Source of the DNA: Mobula hypostoma
Lineage: Eukaryota
Direction: 5' to 3'
Assembly (NCBI RefSeq): GCF_963921235.1
Contig: NC_086107.1
Span: 113,586,001-113,650,000 of the forward strand
Length of the DNA: 64,000 nt
This document shows, in pieces, positions 50,598-63,470 of this stretch. The translations under genes and the position numbers were made by a program. How positions within the stretch are numbered: position 1 is the first letter of the stretch; each line of letters starts with the position of its first letter. Below the pieces are notes generated by a model. It saw only the letters and a list, made by a program, of their open reading frames with translations, searched no databases and was not told the origin of the DNA.

Positions 50598-53541
50598 GAA
50601 ACATCGTCTCCACATCCACTCTATCTAGGCCCTTCTGTGATGCATCTGTAAAAATTGATAAGGATTATCTCCATCGGAACTCCAGGCTGCAGTTTGTATC
50701 TTAACCAGAGCAACCCCAGCATGTGCCATCTTCAGGCCAGCTCGGGTTCTGAATAAACCACTCAGGGTCAGCTCAGACCGGTCTCCCGAGAAGGCAACAG
50801 CTATCATAAAGGACCCTCTGGTACGGAGAGTGCTCGCAGGCTGGACCCAGGTGCAGAGGAATGGCAGTCTCCCTCTGTCACGGTGGGCCCTGGCATCGCC
50901 TCAGCCTGGGAGTGGTGGACGACAGGCTCACACCTTACCCCAAGAGCGGAGAAATGGCAGACGACCCACGAAGAGGCAGAAACAAGGGGGTTAGGCACAG
51001 GTACACCAACAGAGCCCCAGACAGATGACTGAGCGACACTGCGAGACAATTCATCCTCTGTAACGCAGTTGGACCCCACTAAAGAGCCAACTAGAGACCT
51101 CTTTAAATAATTATAGAATGAGGAAAGCCCATGCCAGTCACCATTAACTTGACAAGTTTAAACCGAAAGCACAAGGGTTTAATAATTCTGGTTAAGATAA
51201 CAACTAGTAAATATAGGTGCTCTCGAAACCTGGAAGGTTAAAGTTGTACAGCAAGCCCGCGAGGTTCATGACACCCTCACTGTCTAGGACATGCCCTCTT
51301 CTCGTTACTGCAATCAGGGAGGAGGTGCAGGAACCTGCAAACACAGGTCTTCTAGGAAGAGCTTCTTCCCTTTTGCCATCAGATTTCTGAGTGGTCCATG
51401 AACCCAAGAACACTGCCTCACTGCTCTTCCTTTGCACCACTTAGAGTACAGCACTCTGCAGGCCTTTTAATCCCCTCTAAGGTTAACCAAACCCTTCCCT
51501 CGTACGTAGCTATCCGTTTTTCTATCATCGGCTTTTTAAATGTCGTAATGTATCTGCTTCTACCGTCATTTCTGGCAGGACGTTCCAAGCATCCACCACC
51601 GACTGTGGGATAAAAAACTACCTGTGACATTCCCCCCCCCCACCACCATACTTTCCTCCAGTCACCTGAAAATTATGCCCCCTTGTTGATATGGCTCGAC
51701 TGCATCAGCTTCTGGGGATTAGACGCTCCAACTCTCCGGAACACCGATAGCAGGCGAGGTCTCTCCTCTAACTTGTCGCCGTTTTCAGGCACTAGGATTT
51801 TAATATTTAAAGAGCACCTGAAATGAGGTCCAGTGCTCCACTGTCAGCTCACTGTCTCGTATCTTGTTCAGGACCCTGTCTTTGTTTCAGATCTGTATCA
51901 TGTCTCAATTCTAGTCTCAGACACTCCAGCACTTGGCTCCTATCTATCCTCACCTAGATTCTGAACCAGGCTGTCTGACCTCCGAACCTTATGCATGTCC
52001 GGATAACTGGCTGCATATCTCCTTCTGTCCTCTGTTCCCGATTTATACCAGGATTAGGAGGATTGCATTATAAGGAAGATCTAGACAGGCCAGGCTTGTA
52101 GAGTGACAGGGGACATATAAGGTCCTGAGAGTCAACTGTCTAACTGTAGAGAGAATGTTTCTCTGTGTGGGAGAACCTGGAACCATTGATCACTAAATAA
52201 ATATTTATTTCTTTGTTTATTGATTGATTGAGAGAGATACAGCCTGGAATAGGTCCTTCCAGCCCCCGGAGCCGCACGCTCCTAGTTAACCCTGGCCTCG
52301 TCACGGGACAAGTTACAATGACCAATTAACCTCCCAACCGGTACGGCTTTAGATTGTGCGAGAAAACTGGAACACCCAGAAGAAACCCACACAGTTCACG
52401 GGGAGAATGTGCAAACTTTCTTACAAACAACGGTGGGAATTGAACCTCGGTCACTGGTACTGTAAAGTGTTGTGCTAACCACTACGTTACCGTGCCACCC
52501 CAATAGCAAATATATATAAAAATAAAGGGCCACTAATCGAAAACCTGGATGAGAAGAACTTTTTTTAGAGTTATAGAGATATACAACACAGAAAGAGGCT
52601 TTTTGGCCCAACTTGTGCATGCCAGCCAAGATGCCTTCCTGAGCTAGTCCAATTTGCTTGCCCGTATCCTTCGAGACCTTTCCGATCATTTTTCCCTCAG
52701 AGGGTCACAAATGTTTGGAACCCTCTTCCTCAAAGCTGTTTCTTTGAGTATTGTTAAGGTAAAATTAGTGAGTTACTTGAGAGATACAAAGGGGTGAAAG
52801 GTGATCAGGATTAGACAGGGATGTTCAGTTAACTTTGATCCCGTGATCTAATTAAACAGTGAGGCAGGCTTGAGGCCTACCTCTGCTCCTAGTTTTTATA
52901 TTTGTAAATATCTGTGGTCCATACCAATAAATGCCATGGTAGTGTGGCATTTAGCGCGATGCCATCGGAGTTCGGAGTCAGTTCATTTTCCCTGTGACTG
53001 CATGGGTTTCCTCTGGGTGCTCCAGTTTCCTCCCACAATCCAAAGACCTACCGGTTGGTAGGTTAATTGGTCATTGTATATAAAAGTTGCTGGTGGAACG
53101 GAGCAGGCCAGGCAGCATCTCCAGGAAGAGGTACAGTGGATGTTTCAGGCCGAGACCCTTCGTCAGGACTAACTGAAAGAAGAGATAGTAAGAGATTTGA
53201 AAGTGGGAGGGCGAGGGGGAGCCATCCCTCCCCCTCCTGTCTTCTCCTATCATTTCAGATCTCCCCCTCCCCCTCCCACTATTTCGGGGTAACATGAGGG
53301 GGAAGTTCTTCACTCAGAGAGTGGTAGCTGTGTGGAATGAGCTTCCAGCAGAAGTGGTTGAGGAAGGTTCGATGTTGTCATTTAAAGTTAAATTGGATAG
53401 ATATATGGACAGGAAAGGAATGGAGGGTTATGGGCTGAGTGCAGGTCGATGGGACTAGGTGAGAGTAAGAGTTCGGCACGGACTAGAAGGGCTGAGATGG
53501 CCTGTTTCCGTGCTGTAATTGTTATATGGTTATATTAGACT

Positions 53542-53732
53542 GGGGGGTGGTGAGGCCTGGGCCGGACGTCCCGTTCACCCAGGGAAAGTGAACGCACAAT
53601 ACATCGCCTCTCCTTTCCCGGTGTAGTGATCGCCGCATGGTCACCGTCTGGCCTGCTAGGCCTCTCCTACATTACTGTGTCCGTAGCAACACCTTCTCGT
53701 CGGTGCCCCCCGTTTCCACCGAGCTTGCTACG
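53542..53732 (+). ncRNA. Candidate HDV-like self-cleaving ribozyme
   Basis: P1 GGGGGGT / GCCCCCC, P2 CGTAGCAA / TTGCTACG, P3 ACC / GGT, L3 TTCTCGTC and J4/2 CCGA, all in the correct nested order. Confidence 0.65.
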
Positions 53733-54204
53733 TCATGGCGTGACCGAGTGTCCGGCGGTATAACTGGATGGGCAGGCTGGGCTCGTTAGCCTTGGTTGGA
53801 ATTGGCAGCCAGCCTAAGAGAAGGACCGCTCTGAATCCAAATCCGGGCAGGTGGGGCTCGTTAGCCTTGTCAGGCTGCCCACCGCGGAGAAGGACACTCC
53901 GACGTAAATCCTACGACCCGAGGACCTCGTTGTCACCGTCCCAGCTTGCTGGGCTATTGCAGACGAACTCTGGGTGTAAAGGATGGGGCCAGTACCGCGC
54001 ACACTGCACTCCACCTAAAATACCATCGCGCAGGCCGAAGGACACGCCCGCACCTACGACCATCCTCCCCGACACAGCCGCTGAGGCCAGGCCTGCCTGT
54101 CCCGCATTTGCCTCGTCAGCCACCAGCGAGCCTGCAGAAGGCGTGGGCAGCCCCCTTCCTGAATCTTCATTCGCGAAGCCAAGCCATGGTGATGATGATG
54201 ATGA
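53542..54204 (+). mobile_element. CpG-rich non-autonomous RTE-type retroposon with a structured 5' end
   Basis: Two copies of an RTE 5'UTR-like motif (GGCTCGTTAGCCTTG...GGCAGCCAGCCTAAGAGAAGGA..CTCTGAATCCAAA), a (GAT)n 3' tail, and no RT ORF. Confidence 0.65.
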
Positions 54205-54897
54205 GCCTAGGGTTAAATCAGGGGTTGTTGGTGGTGCAGCTCGAAAAGTCAGAAGTGCCTGCTTCATGATGTATCTCTGGGTGAAAAGCAAAGAAAAGGT
54301 AATCATGGTTGTCTCATACACAGACGAAAGAGACAACAAAGAATTCCAGTGATAACAATTAACCTATAAAATCGATTCAAGTAATATGATATCTGCTCCT
54401 GAATACTAAGAAGTTTCTAGAGAAATACTGAAGCAACTGTAACGTAATTACTAGAAAAATCACTGAACATGTGATGATAAAAAAATTCAACAGGCTTAGA
54501 AAAGTTAGGCTACAAGGAAACTATCAGTTCCACACCCCCAAAAAAGCCATCCTGTTTACGTAATTTATACAGAAAGCCTAATGATGGCCATTAACTGCCT
54601 TATCTGGATGGGCTTCGATACTGTCTCGCAATAGTGTAACGCCTTTACCAAAACGTGGAGATTATTCTCATCATAGGTCCCAGGTTCTGCTGTGACACAG
54701 TCCCTCAGGCAAAGTGACATTGTGGGTGCTGATCCTGAAAACCTGAAATAAATTCTGAGAAGCCAGGAAGCATTCAACGTCGGTGGCATCTGTGGGGTGA
54801 ACGTTTCCAGCGAAGACCTTCAAACTGACATCTGAACTCTTTCAGATTCATACAGCCATAGAGTCATGGAGCACAGAGGCTCTTCGGCCCATCTAGT

Positions 54898-55292
54898 TGT
54901 TCTGTGTGGGCGTGCCTTATTCTGAGTGTCAAAAGTTGCTTCCGTTGTGATTGGTTAGTTTAGAAACTGCAGCTGCTTTTCCTGCTGGTGTCCAGTTTCA
55001 AGAATCCTGGGTATATAAAATAGAACGTGGAAGGGACTTGCTCTCATCTTCCTTTGCTTAAGGTAAGGATGCACAAGATGATTGGGAAGGTAGGCTCCAT
55101 GCGCACTTTTAAATAAGTATGCTCAATAAATGTAAGTATGTTTGTTGAGTATTCAGCTTTGTAGTGTCTGTAACTTGGGGAACATGAAAGCTTAGTCAAA
55201 TTTTTATTGTTTTTAAATAAGTGGCTTACAAACCCATTTGAAGTCAGTGCATTTCCTGTCTCACTTGCCAGACCCGCGAATCCGATTCAACA
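54898..55292 (+). mobile_element. Probable solo LTR
   Basis: TGTT...AACA ends, TATATAAAA at ~55012 and AATAAA at ~55125. The flanking CTAGT repeat is offset by 5 nt. Confidence 0.4.
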
Positions 55293-55939
55293 TTACCCTA
55301 GTCCATGCCAAGCTATTTCTTTGCTAGTCCCATTACCCCACACCAGGACCACATCCCTTCAAACCTCTTCAATCCATGTACTTATCCAAACTTCTCTTAA
55401 ATGTTGAGAGTGAACCCCCTCGCTCAGAGAAAGCAGCACTGCAGGGGTTAATGCTGCCACGTACCCCCCACTGTCCAGTCGAATGAGAACTGCTGGGAAA
55501 AGCCACCCACTAGACTTCTTCGAAAATGACTCAGTATTAATAATCACAGTAAAATTTATGGGCCTGGTGTTAACATAGTCAGCTCCACTGCCAAACATCT
55601 TGTCCCTCGATGCACTTCCACTGAAAGCTGGCTGCAGGAGGTTCTTGGTGAAAGCAGCTGAATATTCTGAAGCAGCAAGGTTTCCAGCAACTCCAGCAGA
55701 TGTCAACTATCCAGGGAGGCATGAGTTTAAAAGCCGATGCTGGACATCTGACAGAGAGCGAAGCAGAAATGATGTCTAACCTCGGGAGTTCACTTCCTTC
55801 CCAAAGTTCAAAGGTCAAAGTAGATTTATTATCAAAGCCCACATTTATATCTTCCTGATAGGCTGAATGACGTTTACGCTCAATTTAATGCACAGAACAA
55901 TGTGCCAGTGAGGAAAGCCCCCCATCCCCCTGAAGAGCA

Positions 55940-56530
55940 GGCACTTTGTCTGACCCCAGCAGATGCTGTGGTAGCAAACCTTTCTACTAGGATATTAGTC
56001 CCTCTCCCGTTCAGGTGCAAACGTTCTCTTCTGTACAGGTCCCAAAGAGCCCTCCTTCCCACACCAACTCCTTAGCCACATGTTAAACTGTAAGATCTTC
56101 CTCTCTCTGGCCTCACTAACCCTTGGCACGGGTAGCAATCCTGAGATCACAACCCTGTAGGTCCTGTCCTCTAACCTAGCACCAACCTCCCCGAGCTCCC
56201 TTTGCAGAACCTTGCACCTCTTCCTGCCGAGATGGACCACAACCTCCGACTGCTTACCCTCCCGCTTAAGAACGCCAAGGACTCGATCCGAGATATCCTG
56301 GATTGGGGCATCTGCGGGGCGACATGTCATCCAGGAATCTCGTTCTCGCCCATACAACTTCCTTTCTGTTCCCCTAACTAACAAATCCTCGATCACCCCA
56401 GCCCATCTCCTCTCTCCACTTGCCTTCTGGGTCACAGACAGACACCGTGCCAGAGACCTGACCACTGTGACTTTCCTCTGCCAGGTCATCCTCCCCCCAC
56501 CCCCCCAACAGTATCTACCTGTTATTGAGA
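55940..56530 (-). mobile_element. CR1 ORF1 (SGNH esterase-like) fragment
   Basis: VIEDLLVRG...VVVHLG...VVISGLLPVP...NMWLRSWCGKEG...LHLNGRGTNIL. Confidence 0.8.
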
Positions 56531-56854
56531 GGGATAGACAACATCAGTGTCACAGAGAGGGGTGACTTGCAGCATGGGCAACTACTGGTCTTCCATACAA
56601 CCTTGCCCAGGCCTGGTCATATCTTCTATCAAGCATTAGGGTAAAAAAAATATGGACAGCCTAATTATGCCACGTGGAAAGAGAAGGGGAATATTATGGT
56701 TAAGAGATGATGCCGTCTTGCTACGCCTCTTTCTTCTTTAATAAACTGAGTTTTTCTTCTTTGATTTCCAAAGCACATCACATCAGACTGTGCTACCTTT
56801 CTTTCAAAGGGTGCCCCAATGGTCACCGGGTTGTCTAATATATATTTTTAAAAA

Positions 56855-57148
56855 AGGCATCCGTTCGTCTTGCAAGACCATGGAAAGTCTTCACTCTCCA
56901 GGGCGCAGGCCTGGGCAAGGTTGTATGGAAGACCAGCAGTTGCCCATGCTGCAAGTCTCCCCTCTCCACGACACCGACATTGTCCAAGGGAAGGGCATTA
57001 GGACCCATACAGCTTGGCACCAGTGTCGTCGCAGAGCACTGTGTGGTTAAGTGCCTTGCTCAAGGACACAACACGTTCCCTCGGCTGGGGCTCGAACTCA
57101 TGACCTTCAGATCGCTAGTCCAATGCCTTAACCACTTGGCCACGTGCC
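56855..57148 (-). mobile_element. tRNA-headed SINE, copy of 5771-6080
   Basis: Reverse-complement match along its whole length. Confidence 0.8.
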
Positions 57149-58029
57149 CACTAATATATATTTGTATATGAAATAGCTAAGGTTTCTGTACCTCCTTCCC
57201 GACAGTAGCAATGAGAGCAAGGCATGACCTGGGTGATGGGGGTCCGTAATGATGGATGCCGCCTTCCTGATGCATTGCTTCTTGAAGGTGGCTTGGGGAC
57301 TACAGAGGCTAGTGCTCATGATGGAGATGACTACTTTTATAACTTTCTGTAACGACTTCAATTCTGTGCAGTAGCCTCCCCGCACCAGACGGTGATGCAG
57401 CCAGCCAGAATGTTCTCCATGGTACATCAGTAGAAGTTTTCGAGTGTTTTAGCGACAAACCAAATCCCCTCAAACTCCTAAAGAAATATAGCCACTGTCT
57501 TGCCTTCTCTGTGGCTGCATCAAAATGTCACAGATTAGATCCTCAGCGATGTTGACACCCAGGTACTTGAAATTGCTCACCCTCTCCACTTCTGATCCCC
57601 CGATGAGGATTGGTTTGTGTTTCCTCATTCTGCCCTTTCTGAAGTTCACAATCAGCTCTTTGGTCCTACTGATGTTGAGTGCAAGGTTGTGGTTGTGACA
57701 CCTCTCAGATAGCTGGCATATCTCGCTCTCTCATCACCATCCGAGATTCTGCCAACTATGGTTGTATCATCAGCAAGTTTATAGATGGCATTTGAGCTGT
57801 GCCTAGGTGTAGAGAAAGTAGCGTGGTGGGCTAAGCACACACCGCGGTGGTGGGCCAGAGTTGATCGTCAGCGAGGTAGAGATACTGTTTCCAATCCACA
57901 CAGATTATGGTCTTCCAGTAGAAACTCCAGTTGCAGAGGGAGAGACAGAGGCCCAAGTTCTGTAACCTTTTTGATCAGGACTGTAGAAATGCTGGTGTTA
58001 ACCATGAGCAATAGTCAATAAACAGCATC

Positions 58030-58650
58030 TAGACATTGTTGAACACCTACACTCTGTCCACCAGGGAAAGCAGGATCTCCCAGTGGCCACACATTTTAAT
58101 TCCACATCCCGTTCCCATTCTGATATGTCTATCCATGGCTTCCTCTACTCTAAAGATGAAGCCACACTCAGGCTGGAGGAACAACACCTTATATTCTGTC
58201 TGGGTAGCCTCCAACCAGATGGCATGAACATTGACTTCTCTAACTTCCGCTAATGCCCCACCTCCCCCTCGTACCCCATCCGTTATTTATTTTTATACAC
58301 ACATTCTTTCTCTCTCTCTCCTTTTTCTCCCTCTGTCCCTCTGACTATGCCCCTTGCCCATCCTCTGGGCTTCCCCCCTCCCCCTTTTCCTTCTTCCTGG
58401 GCCTCCTGTCCCATGATACTCTCATATCCCTTTTGCTAATCACCTGTCCAGCTCTTGGCTCCATCCCTCCCCCTCCTGTCTTCTCCGATCATTTTGGATC
58501 TCCCCCTCCCCCTCCCACTTTCAAATCTCTTACTAGCTCTTCCTTCAGTTAGTCCTGACGAAGGGTCTGGGCCCGAAACGTCGACTGTACCTCTTCCCAG
58601 AGATGCTGCCTGGCCTGCTGCGTTCACCAGCAACTTTGATGTGTGTTCCA
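58030..58650 (+). mobile_element. Penelope-like 3' end inserted in a Rex/Babar fragment
   Basis: Near-identical to 6985-7590. Confidence 0.88.
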
Positions 58651-59689
58651 GACATTGTTATTTGTATTGTCCAGGTGACCCAAGGCTGTGTGAAGAGCCA
58701 CTGAGGTCGCGTCTGTCGTCGACCTATTGTGACGATAGGCAAGTTGTCGTGAATCCAGGTCCTTCCTGAGACAGGAGTTGATTCTAGCCATGACCAATCT
58801 CTCAAAGCACGTCATCGTCGTAGATGTGAGTACTACCAGTCAATAGTCATTAAGGCAGCTCACACTGCTTTTCCTGGACACTGGTATAATTGTTGCCCTT
58901 TTGAAGCAGGTACAGGGGAGGCTGCTGCCCGTGACAGCGCTGGCTGAGTTTACAGCTTACTGCAGCTTTTTCCGATCCTGTGCAGTGGCCCCTCCGTACC
59001 AGATGGTGATGCAACCAGTTAGAATGCTCTCCACACTACAATAAGAAAGACTCTAGACACCTTTTTATCTATCTGCAGTGCACTTTCTCTGGAACTGTAG
59101 CACTTTATTCTGCATTCAGTTATCATTCGACCTCAGTGCACTGAGTAGTGATCTGATCTGTTTGAACAGTATGCAAGTTAAGCTCTTCACTGTATCTCAG
59201 TACATGTGACAGTAGTAAACCAATATCAATACCGATACTCTGAATGGTTCCCCTCTCCCCACGTTCATATTTGGTTCACAGCCCACCTATCATCTTGCAC
59301 TCACTCTCCCTCCAGCCGGTATGTGATGGCAGGGAGAGAGACAGGCAGACAGATAGCATCCAAGAAGGTTTAAACCAATTGATTCGTTGTTTCAGACCAA
59401 CCCTTCAATATAACATCCCAACTTCTGTCCTCAATACTGTGATTTATGAAGACCATAACTCTCTTTATGACCCTATCTACCTGTGACTCCACTTTCAGGG
59501 AGTTGTGGATCCCTATTCCCAGATCCCTCTGTTCTAGTTCACTCCTCATGTTCTACTGTTCATGGTGTAAGTCCTACCCTGGTTTGTCCTCCCAAAGTGC
59601 AACACTTCGCAACTGCCTGAATTAAATTCCATCTGCCATTTTTTGTTCGCCCATCGAAAGCCTGGTGAGACTTTGATTTCCCCCTGGTC

Positions 59690-60038
59690 TGTTGCAAGGA
59701 CGTGGCTGGGGGTGAACCCAAGTGCAGGACATAGATGCTAAGACAGAGTCGTAGGTGCTAGCACCACCGCGAATGGGGAGCCGGTATCCGGGAGACGATG
59801 CGAAGCTTAGAACTAACAGTTCTCAGGAATAGGAGACAAGGTTTACTCTCACAAGAGTCGACCAACGAACTGGCAGCTTATTGCTGTGGTCACAGGGTTT
59901 TTATCCTGCCATTTCTCATGGGAAGCAGGTGCGTGTAGTTAGTGGAACCTGGGAATGACTGGAATCTAAATGAGGTGATTGAGGCCCAATTCTTGAGGCA
60001 AATGCCAAGGTGGGGGATTGCCAGAAGGAACCGTGACA
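59690..60038 (-). mobile_element. Solo LTR (349 bp)
   Basis: TG...CA ends with perfect 5-bp TSD TGGTC (59685-59689 / 60039-60043). Strand inferred from GATAAAA on the minus strand. Confidence 0.7.
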
Positions 60039-62774
60039 TGGTCTGGCCAGAGCTTCCAGTCTGGGGCCTGTAAGGTGCCCACAACAGCATATATCTTCAT
60101 ACCATGCTCTGATTGTTCTGCTTCAGGTTAGACCCACACCTGAAGATCAGGTGGCAACTGCCCCAGGCAGGGATGAATTTGCCCTTCATGACTAGACGAT
60201 GGCCCTCAGCGTGGAGTTTGTGCAGACGGGTGTCTGATGGCTGCTAGAATGTTCTGTCACTTCCTCTTTTGCCCGGTTGGAAGTGAGCCGGTGTTGGACT
60301 TCAGCAAGCTTAGCAGATCTATCACTGCACATGGCACTAGTCGACTTGCAAATCCCTAAGTAAGTTTCACCTCTGAGGACAAACAGCTTGTGGGGATGTA
60401 ACAAGTTCAAGCTGAGAAACCTCAGCTTCCTTTTTTTTATTTTTTAACTTGTCACTGTTCCACTGAACTTTCACAGTTCCTTCCTCTTTTTTTGTTTGGT
60501 TAAAAGAAAATTAAGAGCATGAAGGAAATATATGTCCCCGGTGAAGAAAGAGTTCTTGGAATTATTCAATAAGACCACAGGACCATAAGATATAAGAGCA
60601 GAATGAGGCCATTTGGCCCATCGAGTCTGCTGACATTGCCAGGTGGCAGACCCATTTCCCTCTCATCCCCAGTCTTCTGCCCACTCTTAATATCCCTTCA
60701 TGCCCTGACTAACTACAAACCTATCAACCTCTGGCTTAAATGTACCCAATGACCTGGCCTCCACAATCACCTGTGGCAACGAATTCCATAGATTCACCCC
60801 TCTCTGGCTAAAGAAATTCCCCCTCATCTCCATTCTAGGAGGATGCCCATGTATTCTGAAGCCATGTCCTCTGGTCTTAGACTCCACCGGCACATAGTCC
60901 AGAAATTGCTTCCTTGTTGGGCCATAAATGTATTTGTCAAGACAGTCGCCCTGAATATCAGAATCAGGTTTAATATCACCAGCATATGTTGTGAAATTTG
61001 TTGTTATGTGACAGCAGTACATTGCAATACATAATAATGAAAACTGTAAATTACATTAAGAGTTATATATATATCTAAAAAGTAAAATTAAATGAGTAGT
61101 GCAAAAACGCATTGAGGTAGTGTTCATGGATTCAATGTCCATTCAGAAATTGGATGGCAGAGGGGAAGAAGCTGTTCCTGAATCGTTGAGTGTGTGCTGT
61201 CAGGCTCCTGTACCTCCTCCCTGATGATAGCAATGAGAAGAGGGCACATCCTGGGCGATGGGGGGGGGCCTTAATGATGAATGCCACCTTTTTGAGGCTT
61301 TGCTCCTTCAAGATGTCCTGGATGCAGGGAAGGCTAATGCCCATGATGGAACTGAGTTTACAACTCTTTGCAGCTTATTTCAATCCTGTGCAGAGCACCC
61401 CTCCCCACCGCAGACGGTGATGCAGCCAGTTGGAATGCTCTCCATTGTACTTCTGTGGAAATAGGGGCTGTTCTGTGCCATTTCAGGCAGGACAGTAGCA
61501 TGGTTGTAAGCACAACGCTTTACAGTCCCAGTGATCGGGGTTCAATTCCCGCTGCTGCCTGTAAGGGCTCCTTACGTCATCCCCGTGACCGCATGGATTT
61601 CCTCCAGGGACACTGGTTTCCTCCCACAGTCCAAAGATTTACTGGTTGGTAGGTTAATTGCTCGTTGTAAATTGTCCTGTGATTGGGCTAGCGTTAAATC
61701 AGGGGTTGCTGGCAGCGTAGCTCGAAGGATGGGAGAGACTATTACGCACTTTATCTCAATAAATTAATATCAAGGTATAGTGAGAAGCTTGTATTGCATT
61801 CTCATACAGATCATTATAGAGGTATAGCAAGGTACGATCACAACAGAATACAGAATAAAATGTAACAGCTACAGAGAAAGTTCAAAGTTCAAAACTCAAA
61901 GTAAATTTATTATCAGTGTACATACAGTATATGTCTCTATAATCTACCCTCATATTTCACAGAAAATACAAATAAATACACCAGGATCAATGAAAAAACA
62001 CACAACAAAATGGACGAACAACCAACATGCAAAAGACAACAAACTGTGAAAATACAAAAAAGAAAAATAAATAAATGCTATCGCGAATATGAGATGAAGA
62101 GTCCTTGAAAGTGAGTCCAGAGCGTTGGCAGAAAGAACGACAGTCTACAAATCAGTGAATGCGAATGAATCAAGGATGGTTTAAGCAGACACTCTAATTG
62201 TCTTTGTTCTTGCCGCGTGTTTGGGGATGGAGGCCGCCATTTTGTGAAGAAACTCTGTTCTCCAATTTGTGAGCTTGAATTTTTTTCTCTTGATTGATAT
62301 TTTAAAGTAGGCGCAATGATGCTCCCAGTGATCTGCCGGACTAGAGATCGTTTCCAAATGAGAAGTTATTTGTGAAATGTTCTTTGTTTGGATATAACGT
62401 ACAGGATTGCTGGGTTGGTGCTGGGCTGGAGTGATTCGAGCTCATTGCTGGTTGAGAACAAAGAGCCATAAATTATCGACAGTCACTTGCCGGGAGGAGG
62501 GCAATAAATGGATGCTGGCTTGGAGCAGGGCCAGTAACAAGGTGGTAAAGGTCAGACACATGACCTGTTGCCAATGGCACTGGAATGCGATATTTGAATT
62601 GATAAGGAATAGATGTAAAAGTGGATGCTTTGTGTGTGCTGGCAGTGGTAACTTCGAAGGGTAACCATCACAGATACAAGAACACATGGAGAGTCAATCA
62701 GAACTATGAAAAATGCCTGGCCAGTGTAGACCCCTTTGCCCGGGTAATAACTTCGCTATTCTTTGACTAGTTCT

Positions 62775-63470
62775 CTGAGGAGAGCTAAGGCACCGGTGAC
62801 CCCTGTTTCCATCCAGGAGGTCAGTGTGGACATGGTGGAGGATTACAAATACCCGGGGATATGAATTGACAATAAACTGGACTGGTCAAAGAACACTGAG
62901 GCTGTCTACAAGAAGGGCCAGAGCCGTCTCTATTTCCTGAGGAGACTGAGGTCCTTTAACATCTGTCAGACGACGCTGAGGATGTTCTACAAGTCTGTGG
63001 TGGCCGGTACAATCATGTTTGCTGTTGTGTGCTGGGGCAGCAGGCTGAGGGTAGCAGACACCAACAGAATCAACAAACTCATTCGTAAGGCCAGTGATGT
63101 TGTGGGGATGAAACTGGACTCTCTCACGGTGGTGTCTGAAAAGAGGATGCTGTCCAAGTTGCATGCCATCTTGGTCAATGTCTCCCATCCACTACATAAT
63201 GTACTGGCTGGGCACAGGAGTACATTCAGCCAGAGATTCATTCCACCGAGATGCAGCACAGAGCGTCATAGGAAGTCATTCCTGCCTGTGGCCATCAAAC
63301 TTTACAACTCCTCCCTTGGAGGGTCAGACACCCTGAGCCAATAGGCTGGTCCTGGACTTATTTCCTGGCATAATTTACATATTACTATTTAATTATTTAT
63401 GGTGCAACTGTAACGAAAACCAATTTCCCCCGGGATCAATAAAGTATGACTCTAACTATGACTATGACTA
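62775..63470 (+). mobile_element. Rex1/Babar-type LINE 3' end
   Basis: Near-identical to 8500-9130, with a (TATGAC)n tail. Confidence 0.88.

Noticed and set aside
53768..54352. 194-aa ORF
   Set aside because: No recognisable domain. It runs through a GC-rich retroposon, its (GAT)n tail and a SINE half.
50620..62770. Exons of the expected upstream neighbour NCF4
   Set aside because: No PX, SH3 or PB1-like translation recognised in the unique blocks I inspected (50620-51230, 54560-54830, 55400-55800, 60060-60420, 62120-62770).
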